Source: the human T2T-CHM13v2.0 reference genome, Homo sapiens
Direction: 5' to 3' (one strand)
Assembly (NCBI RefSeq): GCF_009914755.1
Contig: NC_060947.1
DNA length: 64,000 nt
A program made the translations under genes and the position numbers. The notes under the pieces were generated by a model. The model was not told the DNA's origin and made no database searches. It saw only the letters and a program-made list of their open reading frames with translations. Below, one piece after another: positions 15,201-27,200 of this stretch (position 1 is its first letter; each line of letters begins with the position of its first letter).

Positions 15201-18200
15201 ATGTGCCACGCCGCCCAGGAGACCCCTCTGCTGCACCACTTCATGGTAAGTGCCCAGGCCCGGTGTCCCCAGAAATGTTCCTGGGAGGGGCAGGGTAGGG
15301 CAGGATGGCTGTGGCCAGGCCCAGGACATACAGGCTGCAGCCTCCCTCATGGCAGACACTGCCCCAGATAGCCCGGGGTCCGCAGGAAGTGTCCGTGCTC
15401 TTCCTGCCTGTGTTCCTGAGATAAGCGGCTCCTGGGCCTTCCTCCAGGCGCTGCTCTGCCCTGAGTCGCAGCGGCCCCACTCCTGGTCGGCATGTGACCA
15501 CACACCCAGGGCAGCATCTCTCTGTGGAGGGCAGGAGGGGCCAGAGAAGGGGCTGCTCCCACCTCTCACCCTCGGGGGCTCACCCCGGGGTCCCACCAGG
15601 CACACCCAGGAACCATCTCCAGTCTGGCACCCCTCCCTGCCCCTTCCCTGACCCCTCCCCCAGCCAGCTCTCCTGGTCTGCTCTTCTCCTGGGACACTCC
15701 TACACTGAGGCCCCCTGTGCCAGGCCCTGAGAGACCCAAACTGCTGGGGCCCATGGGGCAGGAGCAGGCCTCCCCGCACCCCTGAAGCCTGTGTTGTCTC
15801 TTGACACCCCTGGCTTCTCCCAGCACCCCCGCTGCCTTGCCCCAGTGCTTCCTCGCCCTGGAGCTGGGCGCCAGCATGGAGCTCACCCCTGCCTCTTCGC
15901 TGACTTGCTCCTTGCTCAGCCCGCGGCTGCCTGGCTCTTTCCCCCAGCTGCGGAGGGTTCCTCCTTGCAGCCGGCCCTGGCTGCCCAAGGCAGGTTTTCT
16001 CTCCCTGTCTGGTCCCTTGGGGCACACGGTGGCCTCACTCCTCTCACCTGACTTAGATCTCTCTTGTCTGGGTGGTGGGCGCAGGGGCGCGCTGTGACAC
16101 AGCTTCCGCCAGCCTTCCAGCTCCCGCGGCCTCCCTCCCTCCCCTGCCCTCCTCTCCATCCCTGCCCCCTCTGTGACTCACAGTCCCTCTGTTAGCGCTC
16201 TTGCGGCTTTCCAGGACCTGCCCCCCTTCAACAATCTACATGCATATAAAGTAGGAGATGAAAGAATTCTGTCCTTGTGTGCTTGTGCGTGCGTGCATGC
16301 ACCCCTCCCTGCCTCTTGCTCCAGCTCTTGGACACTGTCTTTGTCCCTCCTTATGTCCCCCTCTCTCTGTGCCCCCTCTGTCTCCTTGTCTCCGCTCACT
16401 CTCTCTCATTCTCCATCTCTCTGCCTCCCTCCCTCCCTGGCCCTGAGCACCCTGGCCTCTGTCCACCCCACCTTCCACCTTCCTCTGGTCCTCTATCTGC
16501 CTTGCGCTCCCACTGCCCTGACCTGTGCCCTCTCACAGGCCCCCGTGATGGCTCGCTGGCCTCCCTTCGGCCTCTGCCTCCTCCTGCTGCTGCTGTCCCC
16601 ACCGCCACTGCCCTTGACAGGGGCCCATCGCTTCTCCGCACCTAATACCACTCTCAACCACTTGGCACTGGCACCTGGCCGAGGCACACTCTATGTCGGC
16701 GCAGTGAACCGCCTCTTCCAGCTCAGCCCCGAGCTGCAGCTCGAGGCCGTGGCTGTCACTGGCCCTGTAATCGACAGCCCTGACTGCGTGCCCTTCCGTG
16801 ACCCAGCCGAGTGCCCACAGGCCCAGCTCACTGACAATGCCAACCAGCTGCTGCTGGTGAGCAGCCGCGCCCAGGAGCTGGTGGCCTGCGGGCAGGTGCG
16901 GCAGGGCGTGTGTGAGACACGGCGCCTTGGGGATGTGGCCGAGGTGCTGTACCAGGCTGAGGACCCTGGTGACGGGCAGTTTGTGGCTGCCAATACCCCG
17001 GGAGTGGCAACGGTGGGGCTGGTGGTGCCCTTGCCCGGCCGGGACCTCCTGCTTGTGGCCAGAGGCCTGGCGGGCAAGCTGTCGGCAGGGGTGCCACCCC
17101 TGGCCATCCGCCAGCTGGCCGGGTCTCAGCCCTTCTCCAGCGAGGGCCTGGGCCGCCTGGTGGTGGGCGACTTCTCCGACTACAACAACAGCTACGTCGG
17201 GGCCTTTGCCGACGCCCGCTCCGCCTACTTCGTGTTCCGCCGCCGCGGGGCCCGGGCCCAGGCTGAGTACCGCTCCTACGTGGCCCGCGTCTGCCTGGGG
17301 GACACCAACCTGTACTCCTACGTGGAGGTCCCCCTCGCCTGCCAGGGCCAGGGCCTCATCCAGGCCGCCTTCCTTGCCCCGGGCACCTTGCTAGGGGTGT
17401 TTGCCGCGGGCCCAAGGGGCACCCAGGCGGCGCTCTGTGCCTTCCCCATGGTGGAGCTGGGTGCCAGCATGGAGCAGGCCCGGAGACTCTGCTACACGGC
17501 GGGCGGCCGGGGCCCCAGCGGCGCAGAGGAAGCCACCGTGGAGTACGGCGTCACGTCGCGCTGCGTCACCCTGCCCCTTGTGAGTGGCATGCCCTTCCAT
17601 CCCCCCTCTCTGTGGATGGCTGGCATCTTTCAGCACTGGACAGGGGTGCCTGCCCATGGGAAGTGCCAGCCAACCTCTCAGCCAGGGGTCAGCTGAGTCT
17701 CCAGGTCTCCTGCCTGCTCTCCACCCATTTCTTTCCACCTTTCTCCCTCTGGATGCTATGAGCTTGCCAGGTGCCCTGGCCCTTCGGCCCTGATTGCTGG
17801 GCCTTGGGGTCATCCCAGGGTGCCTGGCTCTCCTCCCGCTGGCAGCCTGGGTACCCCCCCTGACTGCCTCTCTGCTCTCTTCCGGGGGCTGATTCTCCAC
17901 TTCCTGCCACGTAGGATTCCCCCGAGTCGTACCCCTGTGGCGACGAGCACACCCCCAGCCCCATTGCTGGCCGCCAGCCCCTGGAGGTCCAGCCTCTGCT
18001 GAAGCTCGGGCAGCCGGTCAGCGCCGTGGCAGCTCTCCAGGCAGATGGGCACATGATAGCCTTCCTGGGGGACACCCAGGGCCAGCTGTACAAGGTGAGG
18101 GCCCGGCCTTGCTGTCCGGCTGGGTGTGCCCCTGGCCACGGAGGCTCAGGAAAGCCCCCAGCAACTTCCACCTCTTAGCCCGCATCCCACGGTTGGGTCA

Positions 18201-21200
18201 GGGGACTTTGCCACACAGTGACTGCTGGCTGAGCACTGCCCCCTGCAGCCCGGCCTTCACCAGCTGGTGGTGGCTCACGGTGAAGGTGGCTGGGGTGGCT
18301 GGGTGAGGTGGGCAGGGTGTGGTGCCTCCTGGTGACCTTCCTGTCTCCCCATAGCTGCCCTCCCACCTGGCAGAACTGTCCCTGGTACACGGGGCCTCAC
18401 CCAGGGTGCCGCTGCTGCCCCGGTGTCATGGTTCCCTGGAGAGTGTCCTAGGCCTGAGGGTGCTGAGTGGGGGAAGTGATGTGTCCTCCCTCGATGGCCC
18501 GGCAGGAAGGGGAACTGGCTCTAAAAAGGAGCCCCCACTAGGAGGAGGGCGTGTCCCTGGAACAGGCAACCTTTGGCCATCTGGCCCAGCCTCGTCCTTG
18601 TCCCCCCACTCAGGTCTTTCTCCACGGCTCCCAGGGCCAGGTTTACCACTCCCAGCAAGTGGGGCCTCCAGGCTCAGCCATCAGCCCAGACCTGCTGCTG
18701 GACAGCAGTGGCAGTCACCTCTATGTCCTGACTGCCCACCAGGTGAGGGCCATCCTGGGGCTGAAGGGGCCAGCACACGCGGCCCAAGTCTCGTGCCCAT
18801 TGCCTCTCTGCTCTGCTGCCCCTCCAGGTGGACCGGATACCTGTGGCAGCCTGCCCCCAGTTCCCTGACTGTGCCAGCTGCCTCCAGGCCCAGGACCCGC
18901 TGTGTGGCTGGTGTGTCCTCCAGGGCAGGTGAGCACGGGGCCTGTGCCTAGGCTAGGGCCAATGGGTGGTGTGTGCCACGAGGCTGCCCCTGGAAGTAGC
19001 CCTAGGCGTGCCGGGAGGCCAACCCTGCCTGTTGGAGAGACTCAGGGCCACCACGGAGGTCACCCATCCTGCCCCATCTCACTGAGCCGTCAATCTGGTT
19101 GGCACCCCCCTTTTCCGACACCACCCGGCCTGTGGACTCCTCATCCCAGCAGCCCCAGCCAGGGTCCAGAACCCCACACAGCTGTCCTCCAGCCGGTGCT
19201 CCACACGGCAGCCCCTGGAATCCTTTAAGGCAGCCCTGAGTCACTGTGCGTCCCTCAGCCCAGCCGCACCTGCCTCTCAGGGCTGGAGCCCACGCCTTGG
19301 CCATGAGGCCCTGCCTGCTTGGCCCCTTTCTCTCTGGACACAGTCCCCTTCACGCCTCCTGCTCATTGCACCCCACTGCACTCCAGCTGGGCCGGCCTCC
19401 CCAGGCCCCTGTTGCCGGTCATCCTTGGAGTCTAGGACCCCCACGGTGACCTGATGGACCCCTGCCTGGCAGGTGTACCCGGAAGGGCCAGTGCGGGCGG
19501 GCAGGCCAGCTGAACCAGTGGCTGTGGAGTTATGAGGAGGACAGCCACTGCCTGCACATCCAGAGCCTGCTGCCGGGCCACCACCCCCGCCAGGAGCAGG
19601 GCCAGGTAAGCCGCCCACCACCACTGGGCCCTCTGGGCAGCATGACCACTGCCTGGAGCATGAACCCCGCCTGCCTCCCGTCCTCCTTCCTCTCCCATGG
19701 CCTCTGCTGCCCCCTCTCTCTGGCTACATCTCCCGGTTTCTCCCCGCTGCATCCCAGGTCACTTTGTCTGTCCCCCGGCTGCCCATCCTGGATGCAGATG
19801 AATACTTCCATTGTGCGTTCGGGGACTATGACAGCTTGGCTCATGTGGAAGGGCCCCACGTGGCCTGTGTCACCCCTCCCCAAGACCAGGTGCCACTTAA
19901 CCCTCCAGGCACAGGTGAGTGGCCCATGGGGTAGGGGGCTGGGATGGAGGCTGGAGGGGTAATGAGCCACCTGACCTGTCCTGCCCCCACTGTCCCCTCC
20001 CAGACCACATCACTGTGCCCCTGGCCCTGATGTTCGAGGACGTGACTGTGGCTGCCACCAACTTCTCCTTTTATGACTGCAGTGCCGTCCAGGCCTTGGA
20101 GGCGGCTGCCCCGTGAGTCCCTGGGCCTGCCTCCTGGGGTAGGGGTGGCGACCCCAGAGGGCACTCAGTTGAGCAGCCACCCTGCCCCTCTAGGTGTCGC
20201 GCTTGCGTGGGCAGCATCTGGCGGTGTCACTGGTGCCCGCAGAGTAGCCACTGCGTGTACGGAGAGCACTGCCCAGAGGGCGAGAGGACCATCTACAGCG
20301 CCCAGGAGGTGGGTGGGCCCGAACTTCGGGCAGAGACAGGGCTGTCCCTTCTCCACCCTTCCCAGACCCGCCCAGCAGTAGGCCCTTTGAGTTCTGAAGG
20401 GCTGAGGGCTCTTGTTTTCCCAGGTGGACATCCAGGTGCGTGGCCCAGGGGCTTGCCCACAGGTCGAAGGCCTGGCAGGTCCCCACCTGGTGCCTGTGGG
20501 CTGGGAGAGCCATTTGGCCCTACGCGTGCGGAACCTTCAACATTTCCGAGTGAGCCATCAGGAGGGAAGGGGACAGGGCAGTGAGGTCTGCCAACAGCGT
20601 GTCCACACTCCTGACAGCGTCCTTCCCCAGGGCCTGCCTGCCTCCTTCCACTGCTGGCTGGAGCTGCCTGGAGAACTTCGGGGACTGCCGGCCACCCTGG
20701 AGGAGACAGCAGGGGATTCAGGCCTCATCCACTGCCAGGCCCACCAGGTGAGTGGCTGCCTTCCAAACCCTCTTGCCCCCAAGCTTCCGTAGACCCTCAG
20801 GGGTCTGCCATCTTTGTGGAGAGCCTGCTTGGGGCCCATAACCTCTGTCTGTGGGCCCCAGTCTTGGGGGAGAGGCAGGGAACAATCACATTCATTCTGG
20901 GGGGTGGCCCAGAGGAGACAAGAGTCAGAGGTGCCCTGAGTGGGCACCCAGCCTGACCCCACACTCTGCCCACAGTTTTATCCCTCCATGTCCCAGCGGG
21001 AGCTCCCAGTGCCCATCTACGTCACCCAGGGTGAAGCCCAGAGGCTGGACAACACCCATGCTCTTTATGGTGAGCCTGAGGGCAGCCAGGCAGGCGGGGC
21101 AGGGTGGGTGGCAGACAGGAGGCGCTCAGCACACTGCCTGACCCTCCCTAGTGATCCTGTACGACTGCGCCATGGGCCACCCGGACTGCAGCCACTGCCA

Positions 21201-24200
21201 AGCGGCCAACAGGAGCCTGGGCTGCCTGTGGTGTGCTGACGGCCAGCCTGCCTGTCGCTATGGGCCCTTGTGCCCGCCGGGGGCTGTGGAGCTGCTGTGT
21301 CCTGCGCCCAGCATTGATGCAGTGAGTCTCCTGCCGGGCCCCCACAGCCCAGTGGCCCACTTCTCCTGCCCCGCACTGTCCTGTCCTCCGTGATCAGACC
21401 AGCCCTGCCCCAGGCCCCCAAACCCCAGCAGCTCGGCCTGGCTGGGCTGGTTGGCTGGCCGGGCACCCAGCACTGCAGAGTGGAGTGTGGGTGCGGGGGA
21501 CCCCATCTGCCATCATTTGCCTGCTGCAGGTCGAGCCCCTGACCGGTCCCCCTGAGGGAGGCTTGGCCCTCACCATCCTGGGCTCCAACCTGGGCCGGGC
21601 CTTCGCCGATGTGCAGTACGCCGTGAGCGTGGCCAGCCGGCCCTGCAACCCTGAGCCCTCTCTCTACCGCACGTCGGCCCGGTGAGGCACTTGGAGGGTG
21701 AAGATGGGTGGGGAGGCCCTCAGAGATGGCCACCCAGAGATAAGGAAGGCCTGTGGCCAAGAAACCTGGGGCACTCGGGTCAGGGGAGGGGTGGGCTGTC
21801 CCCTGCGTCCCTGAGCCCTGAGCAGCTCCCAGGCCTCGGCTTTCCAGGATTGTGTGTGTGACATCTCCTGCCCCCAATGGCACCACTGGGCCCGTCCGGG
21901 TGGCCATTAAGAGCCAGCCACCAGGCATCTCAAGCCAGCACTTCACCTACCAGGTCAGTGGCCTCCCAGGTGTGCCCTACGCAGGGGAGGGTAGGAGGGA
22001 GGGCCAGGAAGGACAGGCACCTAGTAAGGATGTCAAGCTGGGTCTGCGGGGAGCAGGAAGCACCGCTGCATGTCTAGGAGGGAAGCCATGGCATGTGAGT
22101 GGAGGTGGGCAGCCAGGCCAGTCTGAGGCACGAAGCTCTCAGGATCTGTTGCCCTGGGCACTTGGTGGCACCGTTTCCTGGGTGGGAAGCCTGGGACAGG
22201 AGCAGTGAGCGCAGGGGTGGGTTCTGCCCAAAGAGGCAACTGGATTTGAGAGTTTAGAGCTCCAGGTCTGGGGGCTGTAAGCTGTGGTGGGGAGGAGGCT
22301 GTCCCAAGGGGGACAGAGTGGCAGTGAGGATGAAAGAGCCCCACTTCTACTCCCCATGCGGCAGGGGTGGGTGGGAGGAAGCTGGCCAGTGTGCAGTGGC
22401 CTCGGGAAGGAGGGCGTGGTCCACTTTGGCCCCAGGAGGTGAAGTCCAGAGATGACCTGCGCTTCAGAACCGGAGGGCCTTGGGCATGGCCCAGGGGGGT
22501 GAAAGGGCCAGGCTGGGCTGCCGTGCCTACCCAGCCTGCGCTGTTCGCCAGGACCCTGTCCTGCTGAGCCTGAGTCCTCGCTGGGGCCCCCAGGCAGGGG
22601 GCACCCAGCTCACCATCCGAGGTCAGCACCTCCAGACAGGTGGCAACACCAGTGCCTTCGTGGGTGGCCAACCCTGTCCCATGTGAGTCCCGGCCTGGCT
22701 GCCGTCGGGTGGTGGGCACTCCCATAGGCCTCAGTGGGGGTGGTACATTTAGAGAAGTGGTTGCTGTGGCCACCCCCAGTGGTCCCTGCCCTTGTCAAGG
22801 CAGGCAAAGCAGGGCTTCTCCTACGGGGGTTGGGCCAGGGCTGGGGTAGAGGGGTGGTAGAGCCGAGATGACAGACCCCACTACCCATCCTGCAGCCTGG
22901 AGCCAGTGTGTCCGGAGGCCATCGTGTGCCGTACCAGGCCCCAGGCTGCCCCAGGAGAAGCAGCGGTCCTTGTGGTCTTTGGCCATGCCCAGCGCACACT
23001 GCTCGCCAGCCCCTTCCGCTACACCGCCAACCCCCAGCTTGTAGCGGCGGAGCCCAGTGCCAGCTTCCGGGGGTGAGGGTCAGCCCGCAGGCCAGCCTGT
23101 GCACCACGCAGGAGGGAAGGTGGGATGCGGGCTGGGCTATGTTGCCCACCGCCCGCCCACACCCGACTGCCATCCTGGTACAGGGGTGGGCGACTGATCC
23201 GTGTCAGGGGCACCGGCCTAGACGTGGTGCAGCGGCCCCTACTGTCTGTGTGGCTGGAGGCTGACGCAGAGGTGCAGGCTTCCAGGGCCCAGCCCCAGGA
23301 CCCACAGCCAAGGAGGAGCTGTGGAGCCCCTGCTGCGGACCCCCAGGCTTGTATCCAGCTCGGTGGGGGGCTGCTGCAGGTGAGCCCCTCACCAGCAGGC
23401 GACAAGGCTGTCCCCGACCATGCCCATGCCCAGTGGGGAGGAGGAGGGTAGGCCGCCATGCCCCTAGCAGCGCACAGCAGAGCCCAGCTCACTCCACCTG
23501 TGGTCGGCCCTGAATGCCCCACAGTGCTCCACCGTCTGCTCCGTCAACTCGTCCAGCCTCCTCCTGTGCCGGAGCCCTGCTGTACCAGACAGAGCCCACC
23601 CGCAGCGGGTCTTCTTCACCCTAGACAACGTGCAAGTGGACTTCGCCAGTGCCAGTGGGGGCCAGGGCTTCCTGTACCAGCCCAACCCCCGCCTGGCACC
23701 CCTCAGCCGCGACGGGCCTGCCCGCCCCTACCGCCTCAAGCCAGGCCATGTCCTGGATGTGGAGGTGAGGGCCACCTTCAACCCTGCCCCGCCACGGTGC
23801 TCAGGCCGCCTCTGTGGGGGCCAGCGGCTTAGGCTCCCATGTGTGTCCCAGGGCGAGGGCCTCAACCTGGGCATCAGCAAGGAGGAGGTGCGCGTGCACA
23901 TCGGCCGCGGCGAGTGCCTGGTGAAGACGCTCACGCGCACCCACCTGTACTGCGAGCCGCCTGCGCACGCCCCGCAGCCTGCCAATGGCTCCGGCCTGCC
24001 ACAGTTCGTGGTGAGTCCGTGCCCTGGGTGGGCAGGTGGACCGGGTGCCGCCAGCATGCACTCAGGAACCCTGCCCGCCCCCCAGGTGCAGATGGGCAAT
24101 GTGCAGCTGGCCCTGGGCCCTGTGCAGTACGAGGCTGAACCCCCGCTGTCTGCCTTTCCCGTGGAGGCCCAGGCAGGCGTGGGCATGGGTGCTGCAGTGC

Positions 24201-27200
24201 TGATTGCCGCCGTGCTCCTCCTCACCCTCATGTACAGGTGAGACCCGCCCACCCCCAGCACACTTCCCTCCTCGCCATTGGCAAGGGCGCCCTGGCAGGC
24301 GGCTGGCCTGGCCCCGGCCCTGGCTGATGCTGGCCCCGGCCCTGGCTGATGAAGCTGGCCCCGGGCTGCAGGCACAAGAGCAAGCAGGCCCTGCGGGACT
24401 ACCAGAAGGTGCTAGTGCAGCTGGAGAGCCTGGAGACCGGCGTGGGAGACCAGTGCCGCAAGGAGTTCACAGGTGGGTGCGGAGGCGGGGGGACAGGGTA
24501 CCCACGAGGCCTGAACTCACACCTCGGCGCCTCCTGGCCCCGCAGACCTCATGACGGAGATGACCGACCTCAGCAGCGACCTGGAGGGCAGCGGGATCCC
24601 CTTCCTGGACTACCGCACCTACGCCGAGCGCGCCTTCTTCCCTGGCCATGGCGGTTGCCCGCTGCAGCCCAAGCCTGAGGGGCCAGGGGAGGACGGCCAC
24701 TGTGCCACTGTGCGCCAGGGCCTCACGCAGCTCTCCAACCTGCTCAACAGCAAGCTCTTCCTCCTCACGGTGAGGGCCGTGTGGCGGGAGTGCCCAGTGG
24801 GCAAGGAGGTGGGGCTGGGGAACTACTGGCCTGAGACAAAGGTGGGGGAGGAGTGGGGCTTCCCAGGATGAGCCTCCGACCCCTGCTCAGCTCATCCACA
24901 CCCTGGAGGAGCAGCCCAGCTTTTCCCAGAGGGATCGCTGCCATGTGGCTTCGCTGCTGTCGCTAGCGCTACACGGCAAGCTGGAGTACCTGACGGACAT
25001 CATGAGGACCCTGCTGGGTGACCTGGCGGCCCATTACGTGCACAGGAACCCCAAGCTCATGCTACGCAGGTTGGCCTTGACCTGGACCCGGTGGCGGGGG
25101 TGAGGGCTTGCCACAGACCTGCCCCCATCGCACCCTGGGCGGGCTCTGTCCAGGGGCGGGTGGGGCCAGGAAGCCCCAGCAGGTGGGGGGAAGGAAAGTG
25201 AGATGTCCTCAGCAGGGACACAGGCACAAAGGCCTGACCCTGTGGCCGGCTCCCCGCAGGACAGAGACCATGGTGGAGAAACTGCTCACCAACTGGCTGT
25301 CCATCTGCCTGTACGCCTTCCTGAGGGTGAGGGGCACTGTCCCGCCTGCTCCCAGCCCTGAGTGGCAGACTCCTCCCCTCTTGCCATGAGGGGGCTACTG
25401 CCTGCGCCCTACGTGACGAAGGCCCGGCAAGGGGGGCTTTGGAAAGGGAAGGACTTTGAACCCTCTCCGGGGCTGGAGACGAGGCAGAGGCGAGAAGGGC
25501 TATCATCAATCCTCCCTCGCTTGGCTGATGCCGGCTCATCTTGGCAGTGCAGGAGGTGGCTGGTGAACCACTGTACATGCTCTTCCGGGCCATCCAGTAC
25601 CAGGTGGACAAAGGCCCCGTGGACGCCGTGACAGGCAAGGCCAAACGGACCCTGAATGATAGCCGCTTGCTGCGGGAGGACGTGGAGTTCCAGCCCCTGA
25701 CGCTGATGGTGCTGGTGGGGCCCGGGGCTGGCGGGGCCGCAGGCAGCAGCGAGACGCAGCGCGTGCCAGCCCGGGTGCTCGACACGGACACCATCACCCA
25801 GGTCAAGGAGAAGGTGTTGGACCAAGTCTACAAGGGCACCCCCTTCTCCCAGAGGCCCTCAGTGCATGCCCTAGACCTTGGTGAGAGAGCCAGCCCTGCC
25901 CACCCACCCCAGGGACCCTTCCCTACCCCTCCGGCACCTGGAGCCCCTCAACTGTGTCTTACTATGAGTGTGGGGCGTGGAGAGCAGGCTGTAGACTATC
26001 TGCTTCCCTGACTCCCTCCAGAGTGGCGCTCAGGCCTGGCTGGTCACCTGACCCTATCGGACGAAGACTTGACCTCCGTGACCCAAAACCACTGGAAGAG
26101 ACTCAACACCTTGCAACACTACAAGGTGTGAGCAGGGACGGGGCGAGGCAGGGCGGGGCTGGGGCGGGGCAGGGCGAGGCAGGGCAGGGCGGGGCTGGGG
26201 CGGGGCGAGGCAGGGCGGGGCTGGGGCGAGGCGAGGCAGGGCGGGGCTGGGGCGAGGCGGGGCAGGGCGGGGCTGGGGTGGGGAGGGGCGAGGCAGAGCA
26301 GGGCAGGGCTGGGGCGGGGCGAGGCACGGCAGGGCGAGGATGGGGCGGGGCGAGGCAGGGCGGGGCTGGGGCGGGGCTGGGGGCGGGGCGGGGCGAGGCA
26401 AGGCAGGGAAGGGCAGGGATGGGGTGGGGCAGGGTGAGGCGAGGCAAGGCAGGGCGGGTCTGGGGCGGGGAAGGGCGAGGCAGGGCAGGATGTGGGCGGT
26501 GTAGGCGCCTGGCTAGGGGTCAGCACAGCCTCCGCTCCCCATCTCTGCCAGGTCCCAGATGGAGCAACAGTGGGGCTCGTCCCTCAGCTGCACCGTGGCA
26601 GCACCATCTCCCAGAGCCTGGCCCAGAGATGCCCCTTGGGAGAGAGTGAGTCCCTCGGCCCTGACCTGGGGCCACTGGAGTCCAGGCTGGGCAGGCAGAA
26701 CTCCTGGCCATGCATCTGCCTCAACTTCATCCCCCACCCCACCGAGATCTTCTGCCCATCTCCTTCCTTTCTTCCAGTCCCCACACTGCCCCACCTTGTC
26801 GGGGGAGTGGACTGGGCATCCCAGGCCAGGGGCAGGGGGTATAGCCCTGAAGCCAGGCTCCTGTGCCCTCAGACATACCCACGCTGGAGGATGGCGAGGA
26901 GGGGGGGGTGTGCCTCTGGCACCTGGTGAAAGCCACCGAGGAGCCAGAAGGGGCCAAGGTGCGGTGCAGCAGCCTGCGGGAGCGCGAGCCAGCAAGGGCC
27001 AAGGCCATTCCGGAAATCTACCTCACCCGTCTGCTGTCCATGAAGGTTGGTGCGGCCTGGGTGGCTGGGCCTGAGAGGAGGCTCAGCCAGGGACCCCGAC
27101 CGAGCCAGGGTGTGGGAGGGGCAGGGGCAGCCTCAGCCGTGGATGGCCCCCACACCCTGCCCTCCACACAGCCCTTATCCCCTGCCTCGCAGGGCACGCT

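Noticed and set aside
15159-16159. Long minus-strand ORFs over the PLXNB3 5' region, possible antisense gene
   Set aside because: No domain or clear start. An antisense lncRNA may exist here but cannot be supported from sequence alone.
26138-26490. Possible CRISPR-like array
   Set aside because: No unique spacers; it is a eukaryotic minisatellite.
25954-26649. Gly/Arg-rich and Pro-rich ORFs
   Set aside because: Translations of the stop-free G-rich VNTR.
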